Below are positions 8,846 to 18,849 of a DNA stretch of 56,235 nt, in pieces. The DNA is taken from NCBI GenBank assembly GCA_903871555.1, contig CAIQHM010000049.1, positions 1 through 56,235 of the forward strand, written 5' to 3'. This stretch comes from an uncultured Actinomycetes bacterium. Its GTDB lineage: Bacteria; Actinomycetota; Actinomycetes; Nanopelagicales; Nanopelagicaceae. The notes beneath the pieces are model-generated. The model did no database searches and was not told the DNA's origin. It saw nothing but the letters and a program-made list of their open reading frames with translations. The stretch's first letter is position 1; each line of letters opens with the position of its first letter. Made by a program: the position numbers and the translations under genes.

Positions 8846-9462
8846 AGTTGGAAGAAACCTTTGATCGACTGAACAATCATTTCTACCGCAATTGCAGCCA
8901 GAAGTAAGCCGGCAATTCTGGCTATCAAAGTGACTCCAGATTCTTTAATCAATCCGACTACTTTGGTTGAAAACATAAGTGTTAAACCAATTGCTAAGTG
9001 AACTGCAACGATTGCGGCAGCTAAGGCGAGTTTCATCTCAACGGTATAGGCGTGCTGAACGAAAACAATTGTTGTGACTATCGCGCCAGGACCAGCCAAG
9101 AGTGGTGTGCCAAGTGGCACAAGTGCAACATTTACATCTTTAGTCTTGTCACCGCCACTGTCTTTTCCGGTCAATAATTCAAGCGAGATAAGGAGAAGCA
9201 GCAAGCCGCCGGCACCTTGAAGAGCTTCTACGGAAATATGCAGATAGTCCAAGATAAATTTTCCAAAAATGGCAAAAGTTACGATAACTATTAATGAAAC
9301 ACCAGCACCTTGCCATGCCATCCGAACTCGCTTGCGCGTTGATTGATCTTTCACCAGCGCTAAGAAGATTGGTGTCGCACCAGGTGGATCCATAATTACA
9401 AAAAGAGTTACGAACGCTTGAATACCAAAAGTTGTGGTGGATATTAAAAGTATGTCCTTCAT
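8842..9462 (-). CDS. MarC family membrane protein
   Basis: LFVIMDPPG, VPLGTPLLAGPGAI, RIAGLLLAAIAV. Confidence 0.92.
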   Translation of the reverse strand: MKDILLISTTTFGIQAFVTLFVIMDPPGATPIFLALVKDQSTRKRVRMAWQGAGVSLIVIVTFAIFGKFILDYLHISVEALQGAGGLLLLLISLELLTGKDSGGDKTKDVNVALVPLGTPLLAGPGAIVTTIVFVQHAYTVEMKLALAAAIVAVHLAIGLTLMFSTKVVGLIKESGVTLIARIAGLLLAAIAVEMIVQSIKGFFQL

Positions 9463-10304
9463 TTCCGAACCACCCTTCGCGCATTAGCCCTAGCTTCTAA
9501 AGCTTCAAAATCATCTGGCTTGGTTGTGAACTCGGCCAGTTCATTTAACTTGCCAGTTCCGTGATAATCACTGGAACCAGTAGCAATGATGCCATATTGG
9601 GCCACAACTTCGCGGAGTAATTGACTCTCTTCTTGCGATTGATCTCGATGTGAAACTTCAATTCCATCTAAACCAGCCTCGACCATTGAAGCAAAACTTT
9701 CTATTTCAACTATTTTCCCACGCAGCGATGCAAATGGATGAGCAATTACCGCAACGCCACCAGCTCCCTTAATTAATTTAATTGCATCTTCCGGGGTGGG
9801 TGAATAGTGTGAAATATAATACTTAGAATTATTATGAAGTAATTCTGCAAAGGCTTCATCGCGTGAAGCGACGATTTTCTTCGCAACAAGGGCATCAGCA
9901 AGATGCGGTCTTCCCAAGGTCGCTCCCGGAGCTAATTGCGCAAGAACGTCTTCGATAGTTATTTGAAAGCCTGCTTCATTCATGCGTGAAATAATTCGAT
10001 TCATTCGCGTCAAACGATTATCGCGAGTTGTTGCAAGAACATCTGCAAGTTCCGTATTTGCTTTATCAAATAACATCCCCAGCATATGAACGCTGGTGCC
10101 ATCTAAAGTTTGGCAAGATATTTCAGAACCCAAAACAAGTGACATGCCAGGGCGAAGATAATTTGAAGCTTCTTCCCAACCCGCAACCGTGTCATGATCC
10201 ATTATTCCTAAAACGGTAATTCCACGGGCATGCGCTTTATTTACTAATTCGCCTGGGGTATCCGTTCCATCGCTCGCGAGTGAGTGGGTATGTAGATCAA
10301 TCAT
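9459..10304 (-). CDS. PHP-domain phosphoesterase (TrpH/YciV-like)
   Basis: IDLHTHSLASDG, DHDT, GRPH, AHP, GSSDYHG. Confidence 0.92.
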   Translation of the reverse strand: MIDLHTHSLASDGTDTPGELVNKAHARGITVLGIMDHDTVAGWEEASNYLRPGMSLVLGSEISCQTLDGTSVHMLGMLFDKANTELADVLATTRDNRLTRMNRIISRMNEAGFQITIEDVLAQLAPGATLGRPHLADALVAKKIVASRDEAFAELLHNNSKYYISHYSPTPEDAIKLIKGAGGVAVIAHPFASLRGKIVEIESFASMVEAGLDGIEVSHRDQSQEESQLLREVVAQYGIIATGSSDYHGTGKLNELAEFTTKPDDFEALEARANARRVVRK

Positions 10305-11196
10305 TTACTTCGGCCGCTTTCGCTCTTGATACGAAGATTCCACAACCAATTAAAAGACCAATAATCCCAGGAATAATTCCGGCTGGTGGAACTTGATCAA
10401 GCCAGAAGTACGCGATTACGGCTCCTACGGGAGCTTCGAAGAAAACAATCAGTGCAACAAATACTGGCGAAACTCTGCGCAGAGCCATATTGAACATCGT
10501 ATGTCCAAGAAATTGCGCACCTAAAATCAGCGCGATAACGAGCCACCATTGGCGTGCTTCAAAATGTAGGAACTGACTTCCGGTCGCGATCGCAATAATC
10601 AAAGATGTAATTGCACAAGTTAAATAACAGGCACTTGTATATGTCGAGGTCGAGAGCTTCTGTTGGGCCTTAGAACCAATCAACATATATACAGCGGCAA
10701 GTGCCGCACCTAGAAGTGCGAACATATCGCCAGCAAAATTTCTAAGACTGATTTGGAAATCTACGCCAGTAATCAAAAGCACTGAAAGGAATGCAACAAA
10801 CATTCCACCCCATGCTCTTCTCGGAATAGTTCCACCTCGAAATTTAAAGTAAAACGCGGTGAATATTGGCTGAAGTGCGCCAAGCGCTGTTCCGGCTGCG
10901 ACCGTTGTAAATCGCATTGAAAGAAAGAAGCAGATGAAGTGAACTGCCAGAACAAGACCCGCAGCACTTGAAAGCAGAATTGCTCTTCTCTCTTCTTTGC
11001 CTTTCCATTCGCCATTCTTGAATGCAAAAGGCAGCATCATTAAGGCGCCCCCAAGATTGCGCCAAAAGATTAAAGAGGCAACTGGCATAACACTTGCAGC
11101 AATTACTGGGCCTGAAGTTCCGACACCGATTACGCCAAGAGAGAGCAAACCTAAATCTTTGGCTGCCGGAATTGCAGTGTGGTCGTGTTTACTCAT
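10297..11196 (-). CDS. DMT/EamA family transporter
   Basis: About 10 TM segments in two EamA repeats; start at ATG 11196 (ATGA overlap with the upstream stop). Confidence 0.88.
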   Translation of the reverse strand: MSKHDHTAIPAAKDLGLLSLGVIGVGTSGPVIAASVMPVASLIFWRNLGGALMMLPFAFKNGEWKGKEERRAILLSSAAGLVLAVHFICFFLSMRFTTVAAGTALGALQPIFTAFYFKFRGGTIPRRAWGGMFVAFLSVLLITGVDFQISLRNFAGDMFALLGAALAAVYMLIGSKAQQKLSTSTYTSACYLTCAITSLIIAIATGSQFLHFEARQWWLVIALILGAQFLGHTMFNMALRRVSPVFVALIVFFEAPVGAVIAYFWLDQVPPAGIIPGIIGLLIGCGIFVSRAKAAEVND

Positions 11197-12440
11197 CCGA
11201 TCAAAATAAACCAGAGCATGCAAGCAATAGCCACTCCGACAACAGCAATAATTATTGCGTAGATAGTTTTCATAGTCCGGGTAGCAACGAATTCACCCAT
11301 CAACTTCTTGTCGCGAGATATGCCGAACATATAAATAAGTAATGGCAGTAAGAGAACAGCATTTATAACTTGAGTAACAACCAAAATTGTTATCAAAGGT
11401 GCACCGGGAAGCAGAATAAGCAGCGCACTCAACCCAGTGATAATGCCAAAAGTGGCATAGAACAAGGGCGCCTCTTTCGGTGAATCATCCAACGCTGAAG
11501 GGCGGCCAGTTAAATCACTAACAGAATATGCAGTCGATAGTGGAAGAATTGATGCTGCTAAAAGCGCGGCACCGATTAAGCCAATTGCAAAAAGCTCCTT
11601 GGCCATGGTTCCAGCTAGTGGTTCCAGCGCTTTCGCGGCATCGGCGGCATCGTTAATGTGGATTCCCTCTTTATGTAATGTTGCTGCGCAAGTTACAACT
11701 ACGAAGAAACCAATAATTCCGGTCAATAGCGAACCAGTCCAAACATCCACACGCAGGAGCTTTAAATCATCTTTTGTTAAACGCTTATCAACTGCGTATG
11801 ACTGAATAAAAGCTAAACCCCATGGTGCAAGAGTTGTTCCGATTGTTGCAGTTGCAATAAAGATCGCTTCTTGCGTAAATGGAATTGTTGGAATTAACAC
11901 ACCTTTGGCAGCAGCACCCCAGTCCGGGCCCGCCATGAAACCGGCTATTACGTAGGCGACAAAACCTGCCGAGATTAAAAAGAAAACTTTTTCAACTTTT
12001 GCGAATGAATTTCTAAGTACTAAGAAAGAAACAGCAAAAGCCGCAATTGGAACTGATAGGAATTTACTCAATCCGAAGAGTTGTCCTGCAGCTGCGATTC
12101 CCGCAAACTCAGCAGTCATTGTTCCGATATTTGCAATTATCAAAGCACCAGCACTAAGTACTCCTGCCCTTGCGCCATATTTTTGGCGGATCAACCCAAT
12201 CATTCCTTGACGTGTAACAACGCCGATTCGGGCTCCTAAATCATGTAAAACAATTAATGCAATTGTTGAAGCAGCTAAGACCCATAACAATTGGTAACCG
12301 TAATCAGCTCCGAGAACTGAATAAGTTGTAATACCTGCTGGATCATCATCGGAAAGTCCAGCAATCATTCCCGGACCCATAACTGCTAAAAGCGCAGCAA
12401 TCCGGATTTTCTTTGGAGAAATAACTTTTTTAGTAGCCAT
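11193..12440 (-). CDS. Nramp-family divalent metal transporter, NRMT (Mg2+)-like subtype
   Basis: GPGMIAGLSDDDPAGITTYS (TM1) and GTTLAPWG (TM6) instead of the MntH-type DPGN and MPH. Confidence 0.85.
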   Translation of the reverse strand: MATKKVISPKKIRIAALLAVMGPGMIAGLSDDDPAGITTYSVLGADYGYQLLWVLAASTIALIVLHDLGARIGVVTRQGMIGLIRQKYGARAGVLSAGALIIANIGTMTAEFAGIAAAGQLFGLSKFLSVPIAAFAVSFLVLRNSFAKVEKVFFLISAGFVAYVIAGFMAGPDWGAAAKGVLIPTIPFTQEAIFIATATIGTTLAPWGLAFIQSYAVDKRLTKDDLKLLRVDVWTGSLLTGIIGFFVVVTCAATLHKEGIHINDAADAAKALEPLAGTMAKELFAIGLIGAALLAASILPLSTAYSVSDLTGRPSALDDSPKEAPLFYATFGIITGLSALLILLPGAPLITILVVTQVINAVLLLPLLIYMFGISRDKKLMGEFVATRTMKTIYAIIIAVVGVAIACMLWFILIG

Positions 12441-13777
12441 TAGAGCGCACCACTTCCTTGGGCAAAGCCTGAAGTTTCTGAAATTGATGCAAGTGCGTCT
12501 ACAAGGTCATCGGCAAGAATTCGGCCAACTGGCTTATTTTTTTCATCCACAACGATGATTGAAGAGCCGCGGTTATTTGCGAATTCGTCAATAACTTCAT
12601 CAAGTCTGGTGTTGATATGAACCGCTGTTGGATAAGGCGGCCCCATTAAAGTTGAGAGAGTTACATTAGGTTTTGCGGCGATTAATTCGATAATTTGAAT
12701 ATGGTCCATTAATTTACCCTTGGAATCCACCACGACAACGCCATCTGAAATATCGCGTTCTCTATTTTCAACTAGCAATTTCAGCGCAGACGCAACGGTA
12801 TCGGATTCACGCGTAATCAACATATGCGATGTCATGATTCCGCCTGCAAGAGTTTCATCAAATTCAACAAGCTTGCGAAGCTGTTTTGCTACTGAAGTAT
12901 CCATCTCCAAAAGAATACTTTCGCGGTGGTCATCATCTAAGTCACGAAGAACTTCGGCACCTTCATCGGGTTCCATTCGTGAAATCAGTTCTGCAGAACG
13001 TTCGGCAGATAAACCACGAAGCAAGCCTTGTAGTTCGTCATCTTCCATCTCTTCAAGGGCGTCAGCTGCAAGATCTGGATCAAGCATTTCGATAAGTGCG
13101 CTTCGTTCGCGTCCTGCAAGGTCTTCAATTAAATCTGCAAGGTCGGCCGGACGAAGTTGACCAAGTGCGGCTCGAGATTCAGTTGAACGGACTACGCCGG
13201 TTCCATGTGCAAGTGAAGCAACGTTTGCCCAATCAATTACATGTTCTGGAATTGGCCCACGACCAAGAGCGCCAGGAAAAATTCTGCGGATGAAAGCCTT
13301 AAAAGAAATATCAACGCCGACAACTCGAATCTCGCGATCCAGTGGTGCTAAATATAAATCAGAGGAACGAACTACTCGTAAGCCATTTACATCAACTATT
13401 TGGTGATCCAAAACATCCGCATCCAGAAGAGATTCACCTTCACGGCGAATAAATTCGGTTAGATCTACCTTTGCGCTAGAAAGTTGGATCTCGCTCTGAG
13501 TTAGTTTTGCGATTCTCGCACCATCAATAAAAGATTTACTCTGGCCAACTTTTACAATTAAACCTGAAACTGGTGGATACGAATCTTCGCCGTGTCGAAC
13601 AACAACATCAACAAGACGTCCAATCTCTTTTCCGCCTTGGTATTTAACTGGGCGACCGATAAGCCCAGCAACTGAAACTAAGGATTCACGAATATTCTTA
13701 CGTTGTAACACTAATTCGCTGCGCCCGACAAGTCGTTTCGCCACCGTATTGATGCTAGTTACTGGTGGCTTTTTCAT
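12440..13777 (-). CDS. Soluble MgtE-like protein (PRC-barrel-like region, MgtE N domain, CBS pair; no TM domain)
   Basis: GRLVDVVV and DVLDHQIVDVNG PRC-like repeats; RPADLADLIEDL...AADALEEM...MEPDE MgtE_N; AGGIMT...GRILADDL CBS pair; no hydrophobic C-terminus. Confidence 0.88.
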   Translation of the reverse strand: MKKPPVTSINTVAKRLVGRSELVLQRKNIRESLVSVAGLIGRPVKYQGGKEIGRLVDVVVRHGEDSYPPVSGLIVKVGQSKSFIDGARIAKLTQSEIQLSSAKVDLTEFIRREGESLLDADVLDHQIVDVNGLRVVRSSDLYLAPLDREIRVVGVDISFKAFIRRIFPGALGRGPIPEHVIDWANVASLAHGTGVVRSTESRAALGQLRPADLADLIEDLAGRERSALIEMLDPDLAADALEEMEDDELQGLLRGLSAERSAELISRMEPDEGAEVLRDLDDDHRESILLEMDTSVAKQLRKLVEFDETLAGGIMTSHMLITRESDTVASALKLLVENRERDISDGVVVVDSKGKLMDHIQIIELIAAKPNVTLSTLMGPPYPTAVHINTRLDEVIDEFANNRGSSIIVVDEKNKPVGRILADDLVDALASISETSGFAQGSGAL

Positions 13778-13807
13778 AGCCCAATCTTAGGTGATGCGGC
13801 TATGAAG

Positions 13808-14932
13808 TTAGGAGACCGAGAGCCTTACCCCGACTAGAGACTTCGGGCGTAACGTTATTTTTTCGACAATGGCAGCGAAGGATTCGCTTGCTGGACATGT
13901 TGGATCGCTGATAACTATTGGCTGGCCAATATCGCCGCCCTCGCGAAGGGCTGGGGTAAATGGAATCACTCCTATTAATGCAACATCAGTACCGACAAGT
14001 GTTGATAAATGTTTTGCGGTTTCTAATCCCCCACCAGTTCCAAAAATTGCAATTGGCTCGCCACATTTTGGACATGAAGTATCTGACATATTTTCGATGA
14101 CACCAATTATGTGTTGTTTCAATTGATGTGCAATTCGACCGGCTCGTTCTGAAACTTCAGCGGCAGCAACTTGTGGTGTTGTGACAACTATGATTTCTGA
14201 AGCCGGTAAAAGTTGGCCAAGAGAAATAGCTATATCGCCAGTTCCTGGTGGTAAATCCAAGAAAAGTAAATCAAGATCGCCCCAATATGCATCACTTAAT
14301 AATTGTTCTAAAACCTTATGCAGCATCGGGCCACGAAAAGCAACAGCATCTGATCGTTCTGGCTTAAACATCTCCATCGAAACTACTTTGACACCAAAGG
14401 CCTCAACTGGAATAAATGTCTGATCAATTGCGGTAGGTCGTTTTCCAACAATTCCCATTAGTCGTGGAACTGAGTGTCCGTAAACATCTGCATCTAAAAT
14501 GCCAACTTTCAAACCCTTCATTGCTGCAGCAACAGCGAGGTTTACCGTAACTGAGGATTTTCCGACTCCGCCTTTGCCTGATGCAATGCCGATAACTCTT
14601 GTTAAAGAATCAGGTTGGGCAAAGGGAATAAATTTTTCTTTACCGCCATTTAGTAACTTCTTAACGTTATTTCGCTGCTCTTCATTCATTACGCCAAAGG
14701 TAAGGTCTAAAGATTTAACTTCAACAATCGGTTCTAGCGAATCCGAAATATCTTTCTGTAACCGATCGCGCATTGGGCAACCAGAAATTGTTAGCAAAAT
14801 TGTTATGGCTGCGATGCCTCCGTTAAATTCAACCGATTGCACCATGCCAAGCTCGGGTAATGGGCGATGTAGCTCTGGGTCTGAAACCCCTTGTAAAGCC
14901 TGATGAATTCTTTCGACTATTTCTTTACTCAT
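13808..14932 (-). CDS. mrp: Mrp/NBP35 Fe-S cluster carrier ATPase
   Basis: N-terminal DPEL...GCP domain, SGKGGVGKS, DADVYG, DLPPGTGD, TTPQ, ENMS. Confidence 0.95.
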   Translation of the reverse strand: MSKEIVERIHQALQGVSDPELHRPLPELGMVQSVEFNGGIAAITILLTISGCPMRDRLQKDISDSLEPIVEVKSLDLTFGVMNEEQRNNVKKLLNGGKEKFIPFAQPDSLTRVIGIASGKGGVGKSSVTVNLAVAAAMKGLKVGILDADVYGHSVPRLMGIVGKRPTAIDQTFIPVEAFGVKVVSMEMFKPERSDAVAFRGPMLHKVLEQLLSDAYWGDLDLLFLDLPPGTGDIAISLGQLLPASEIIVVTTPQVAAAEVSERAGRIAHQLKQHIIGVIENMSDTSCPKCGEPIAIFGTGGGLETAKHLSTLVGTDVALIGVIPFTPALREGGDIGQPIVISDPTCPASESFAAIVEKITLRPKSLVGVRLSVS

Positions 14933-15234
14933 AAGAGATCCGGATCTATTCTTGCCGACTTTTTTAACTCTTGAATCTCGGCGCTGGGTTCGGCTAAAAC
15001 TTCATTTATATGTTTAGTTATGAACTTCTTAGGGTGAAGGTCTGTAACTTTTAAATCTTCATATCCCGGCCCAAGATTTTCGCGTAAGTCCTTCGTTGCC
15101 CCTTGGGCAATATCCCGAATTTTACGGATAAATTTTGCAGAGTCTGCCGAAAATTGTGGCAATTTATCCGGTCCGATAAGAAAAAGTGCCAAAAGCAAGA
15201 GTCCTACGAACTCGCCGCCACCAATTCCAAACAT
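14929..15234 (-). CDS. tatB: Sec-independent translocase subunit TatB
   Basis: MFGIGGGE...IGPDKLP; LGP...DLHPK; htrA-tatB-mrp synteny. Confidence 0.85.
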   Translation of the reverse strand: MFGIGGGEFVGLLLLALFLIGPDKLPQFSADSAKFIRKIRDIAQGATKDLRENLGPGYEDLKVTDLHPKKFITKHINEVLAEPSAEIQELKKSARIDPDLL

Positions 15235-15258
15235 TCTCGAATCCTATATCTAATGCAC

Positions 15259-16395
15259 TTACTTAGCAGCAATAAGTTTTAATGAAACTTCCTTTGTAAC
15301 GCCATCTCGTTGGAATTTCACTTTTATCTTCTCGCCAACGCTATGTGAACGTACGCTAACGATTGCCTCATCAGCCGTCGCAATTGCTTTGCCATCAATT
15401 TCAATAATTACATCCCCTGGTTTAATTCCAGCGCCCTCTGCTGGGCCCCCTGCAGAAACGGCTCCAACTTCATTCGGAATCTTTGCACCAGTTCCTGTAA
15501 ATCTAGTATCGAGTGAGACTCCCATAATTGGATAGGTTGAACTGCCATTCTTAATCAATTGATCAGCCGTCTTTCGTGCTTGATTAATTGGAATTGCAAA
15601 ACCTAAGCCAATTGATCCGCTCTGCCCACCAAATCCTGAACTAGTTGTGGCAATCGCAGAATTTATGCCGATAACAGCACCAGATAGATCTACAAGTGGA
15701 CCGCCAGAATTACCTGGGTTGATTGCTGCATCTGTTTGAATTGCATTAATAAATGAACTCTCACTAGTCCCACCGCCCGATGTAACTGGTCGATTCTTTG
15801 CGCTGATAATTCCAGATGTAACAGTCCCGGTTAAACCAAGTGGGGATCCAATTGCGATTACACCGTCGCCAACTTGAACTTCATCGCTATTTCCGAGTTG
15901 AAGGGCAGGTGCATCCGTTACTGCAATTTTAATAACTGCAAGATCATATGAGACATCGCGCCCAATTAATTTTGCATCATAAGTTTTTCCATTAGCTAAT
16001 TTAACGGTAATACTTGCGCCATTTATGGCGGCAATTGAAATTACGTGGTTGTTGGTAAGAATATGACCGACGCTATCTAAGAAGAAGCCAGAACCTGTGC
16101 CGCCATTGTTCCCATTTCTAACTTCGATTGAGACAACAGAAGGCGAAACCCGAGCAGCAATACCTGCAATTGAATCGGGCTTGCGTTCGATTACGCTCTT
16201 GGTCGTAACTAAATTTGTCTTTGATTCAAGAGTTGCTGAAGTTCTGCCAGCAACGCTTCCTACAATTCCCGCAATAAGCGCCATCGCGATTGCGACGCCG
16301 AAACTTACCGTTCTGGTATTTCGTTTCTTAACATCCTGCTCAGTGACAACGGGATGTTCTGAAATCCACCACGGGGTATTTGGATTATCGGCCAT
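15259..16395 (-). CDS. htrA: Membrane-anchored HtrA-family serine protease with PDZ domain
   Basis: N-terminal TM, GSGF, TNNHV, DLAV, QTDAAINPGNSGGPL, C-terminal PDZ. Confidence 0.95.
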   Translation of the reverse strand: MADNPNTPWWISEHPVVTEQDVKKRNTRTVSFGVAIAMALIAGIVGSVAGRTSATLESKTNLVTTKSVIERKPDSIAGIAARVSPSVVSIEVRNGNNGGTGSGFFLDSVGHILTNNHVISIAAINGASITVKLANGKTYDAKLIGRDVSYDLAVIKIAVTDAPALQLGNSDEVQVGDGVIAIGSPLGLTGTVTSGIISAKNRPVTSGGGTSESSFINAIQTDAAINPGNSGGPLVDLSGAVIGINSAIATTSSGFGGQSGSIGLGFAIPINQARKTADQLIKNGSSTYPIMGVSLDTRFTGTGAKIPNEVGAVSAGGPAEGAGIKPGDVIIEIDGKAIATADEAIVSVRSHSVGEKIKVKFQRDGVTKEVSLKLIAAK

Positions 16396-16397
16396 AG

Positions 16398-17042
16398 TTA
16401 AATCTTACGAGCGACGAGTGCACCGCCGCCAATTGGAAGAATAGTCGAACTCCATCTGGAATCTTCTTTGATTGCCTTTATAGAATCGCGGCGAGCAATT
16501 GTTTCAAAGTCGCGCTGAGTTGGATCGACAACTCTTCCGCCATCTAATGCATTATCAATTATTAATACGCCGCTCTCTTTGAGCAGTCGATAGCTCTCTT
16601 GGACAACATCAACCATATCCTTTGGTGATCTCACAATCATTAGGTCGTAATTTGAATCCGCTAACTTTCCAACGACTTCAATAATATTTCCTGTGATTAA
16701 CCTGAATCTTTGGGCAGAAATTCCAGCCTCTTCTAAGATCTCCTTCGCACTAGCCGAATGTTCGCGCTCGGAATCTATGGAGGTAAAGGTTGCATCTTTC
16801 GGTGCGCCATTGAAAATCCACAAGCCACTTACTCCAGAGCCGGTACCGATTTCAACAATTGATTTTGCAGATATTAAACCGACTACAAAATTTATAAGAC
16901 CGCCAACGCCAACAGTTGGATCTGGTGCGCTTATCTCTGCGCCATTTTTTCTTGCCTGTTGCATAAAGAAATCTTCATGAGGAAAATTTTCAGCAAAGGC
17001 TGACATATCGCCGCGGTTATTTTTTATTTCGTCCATGGTCAT
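16398..17042 (-). CDS. O-methyltransferase (Rv1220c-like)
   Basis: IVEIGTGSGVSG, SIDSEREH; start probably ATG 17042 (ATGA overlap with the pepA stop). Confidence 0.88.
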   Translation of the reverse strand: MTMDEIKNNRGDMSAFAENFPHEDFFMQQARKNGAEISAPDPTVGVGGLINFVVGLISAKSIVEIGTGSGVSGLWIFNGAPKDATFTSIDSEREHSASAKEILEEAGISAQRFRLITGNIIEVVGKLADSNYDLMIVRSPKDMVDVVQESYRLLKESGVLIIDNALDGGRVVDPTQRDFETIARRDSIKAIKEDSRWSSTILPIGGGALVARKI

Positions 17043-18541
17043 AGCGAAGTCAACCACTCAGTAAGCAATCTGACACCGAAGCCAGTGCCGCCTTTCGGAT
17101 TTTCACCAGAATCACTCTCGGATCGCGCTGGACCGGCAATATCCAGGTGCACCCATTTACGATTGCCTGCGAAATGTTCGAGGAAGAGCGCCGCCGTAAT
17201 CGAACCACCATTGAAATCAGGTTTTTCTGCTGTGTGATTTAAATCTGCAATTTCACTTGCAAGTGCAACTTTGTAATCATCGATAAGTGGCATATGCCAA
17301 ACTCGTTCTCCAACGCTTTGGCCGGCGTCATAAAGATCTTGAGCTAAAGATATGTCTCGGGTATACATCGCGGCATATTGTCGGCCCAAGCCAAGGGTTG
17401 CTGCGCCAGTAAGGGTTGCTACATCGATTAAATAGTCTGGATCTAATTTGGCATCTGCATAAGCCAAGCCATCAGCAAGAACTAACCGCCCTTCGGCGTC
17501 AGTGTTAATTACTTCAACCGTGGTGCCACCAAAGTGTGTGATTACATCAGATGGTCGTTGCGAAGTTGAAGATAATACATTTTCGGCGCACATTAAAAGC
17601 GCGGTAACACGAATTTTTGGAGCTAGCGATCCCATTTCAGCAATTGCAATTACAGTTGCAAGAACTGCTGCAGCGCCTGACATATCGCTTTTCATCCCAA
17701 CCATCGTGTCATATGGTCGCTTTAATGAAACCCCACCGGTATCAAAGGTGATTCCTTTGCCAACTAGTACAACGTGTGGCCAGTTTTTCGAACCTTTTGG
17801 TGCATATGAAACTTGAACAAGTCTTGGCCCAGGTTTTGGTGCTGAATTTCCAACTGCAAGTAAGCCACCGAATTTTGCAAGGGCGGCACCGCTCTTTATT
17901 TCAACTCTTAAAGCGGGCGATTTGGCTCTGGTTACGAGAGATTTTGCCTGTTCTGCAATCCACAAAGGATTCTTAATATTTGCCGGTGTATGAATTAAAT
18001 CGCGGGCACGCCATACGCCAATCGCAAGTGTTTTTGCTGTTGTTAACTCTTTAGCAAAATTTCCAACGATTGTGAATTTTGCAGCGCTCAACTCTTTTGC
18101 TGCCGGGCTTTTCTGGCTCCAGGAATAACTAGCCAAGATTAACGAGACCCCATGTGCGGTTGCGCAATGTTTAGAAGTGACTAGCGCATCTAGAACGTGT
18201 ACTCCGGTGTTCTTAACTTTTCGTGAAAGTACGGCGCCAGCCTTACGTAAATCATCCGCAGAATCTGCCCCTACACCTATGAAATAGATTCGGGATAACT
18301 TCTTGTGATCCTCAGCAACAGGAACTTCTATGAGTTCGCCTGCCTTACCAGTTGCATCTGGCCAATTAGCAAGAAGAGTAGATAAATCAATAGCAAAGTG
18401 TTTTTCGACTAATCTTGCAATTTTATTATTGCTAATTTCAACTGCAGATTCACCTTTAAAAATCGGAAGCGCAATTGCGTTAAATTTAGAGAAATCTAGA
18501 TCAGATTGGATCGCAGAACTAATTATCGGTACGAGTTTCAC
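17039..18541 (-). CDS. pepA: M17 leucyl aminopeptidase
   Basis: GKGITFDTGG, MKSDMSG, NTDAEGRL, ATLTGA, HLDIAG. Confidence 0.93.
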   Translation of the reverse strand: MKLVPIISSAIQSDLDFSKFNAIALPIFKGESAVEISNNKIARLVEKHFAIDLSTLLANWPDATGKAGELIEVPVAEDHKKLSRIYFIGVGADSADDLRKAGAVLSRKVKNTGVHVLDALVTSKHCATAHGVSLILASYSWSQKSPAAKELSAAKFTIVGNFAKELTTAKTLAIGVWRARDLIHTPANIKNPLWIAEQAKSLVTRAKSPALRVEIKSGAALAKFGGLLAVGNSAPKPGPRLVQVSYAPKGSKNWPHVVLVGKGITFDTGGVSLKRPYDTMVGMKSDMSGAAAVLATVIAIAEMGSLAPKIRVTALLMCAENVLSSTSQRPSDVITHFGGTTVEVINTDAEGRLVLADGLAYADAKLDPDYLIDVATLTGAATLGLGRQYAAMYTRDISLAQDLYDAGQSVGERVWHMPLIDDYKVALASEIADLNHTAEKPDFNGGSITAALFLEHFAGNRKWVHLDIAGPARSESDSGENPKGGTGFGVRLLTEWLTSL

Positions 18542-18573
18542 AGTCTTGGTTATCCCGATAAGCGCAGAACTAA

Positions 18574-18753
18574 TTACTTCTTAACGAGGGAAACCGCTGC
18601 CTGTAGTGCGTTACCAAGATTTGTGGCCTCTTCAACATTTAATTCGACGACTAAACGGCCGCCACCTTCAAGAGGGATTCGCATAACAAAACTGCGGGCT
18701 TCCTTGGTTACTTCCATGGGTCCATCACCAGTACGAGGTTTCATGGCTGCCAT
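18574..18753 (-). CDS. DUF3117 family small protein (59 aa)
   Basis: Not in the ORF track. Manual translation MAAMKPRTGDGPMEVTKEARSFVMRIPLEGGGRLVVELNVEEATNLGNALQAAVSLVKK; SD AAGGAG. Confidence 0.93.
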   Translation of the reverse strand: MAAMKPRTGDGPMEVTKEARSFVMRIPLEGGGRLVVELNVEEATNLGNALQAAVSLVKK

Positions 18754-18849
18754 GTTGTTACTCCTTATAAATTTAAATCAATCAGGGAAATACAGTGGCT
18801 AAGTATCTCGCAAAAGCGGGTGCGAAAGGAAATTGAGAATAGCTCGGTA

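Noticed and set aside
18506-18802. 98-aa plus-strand ORF
   Set aside because: Antisense to the clearly recognisable DUF3117 gene
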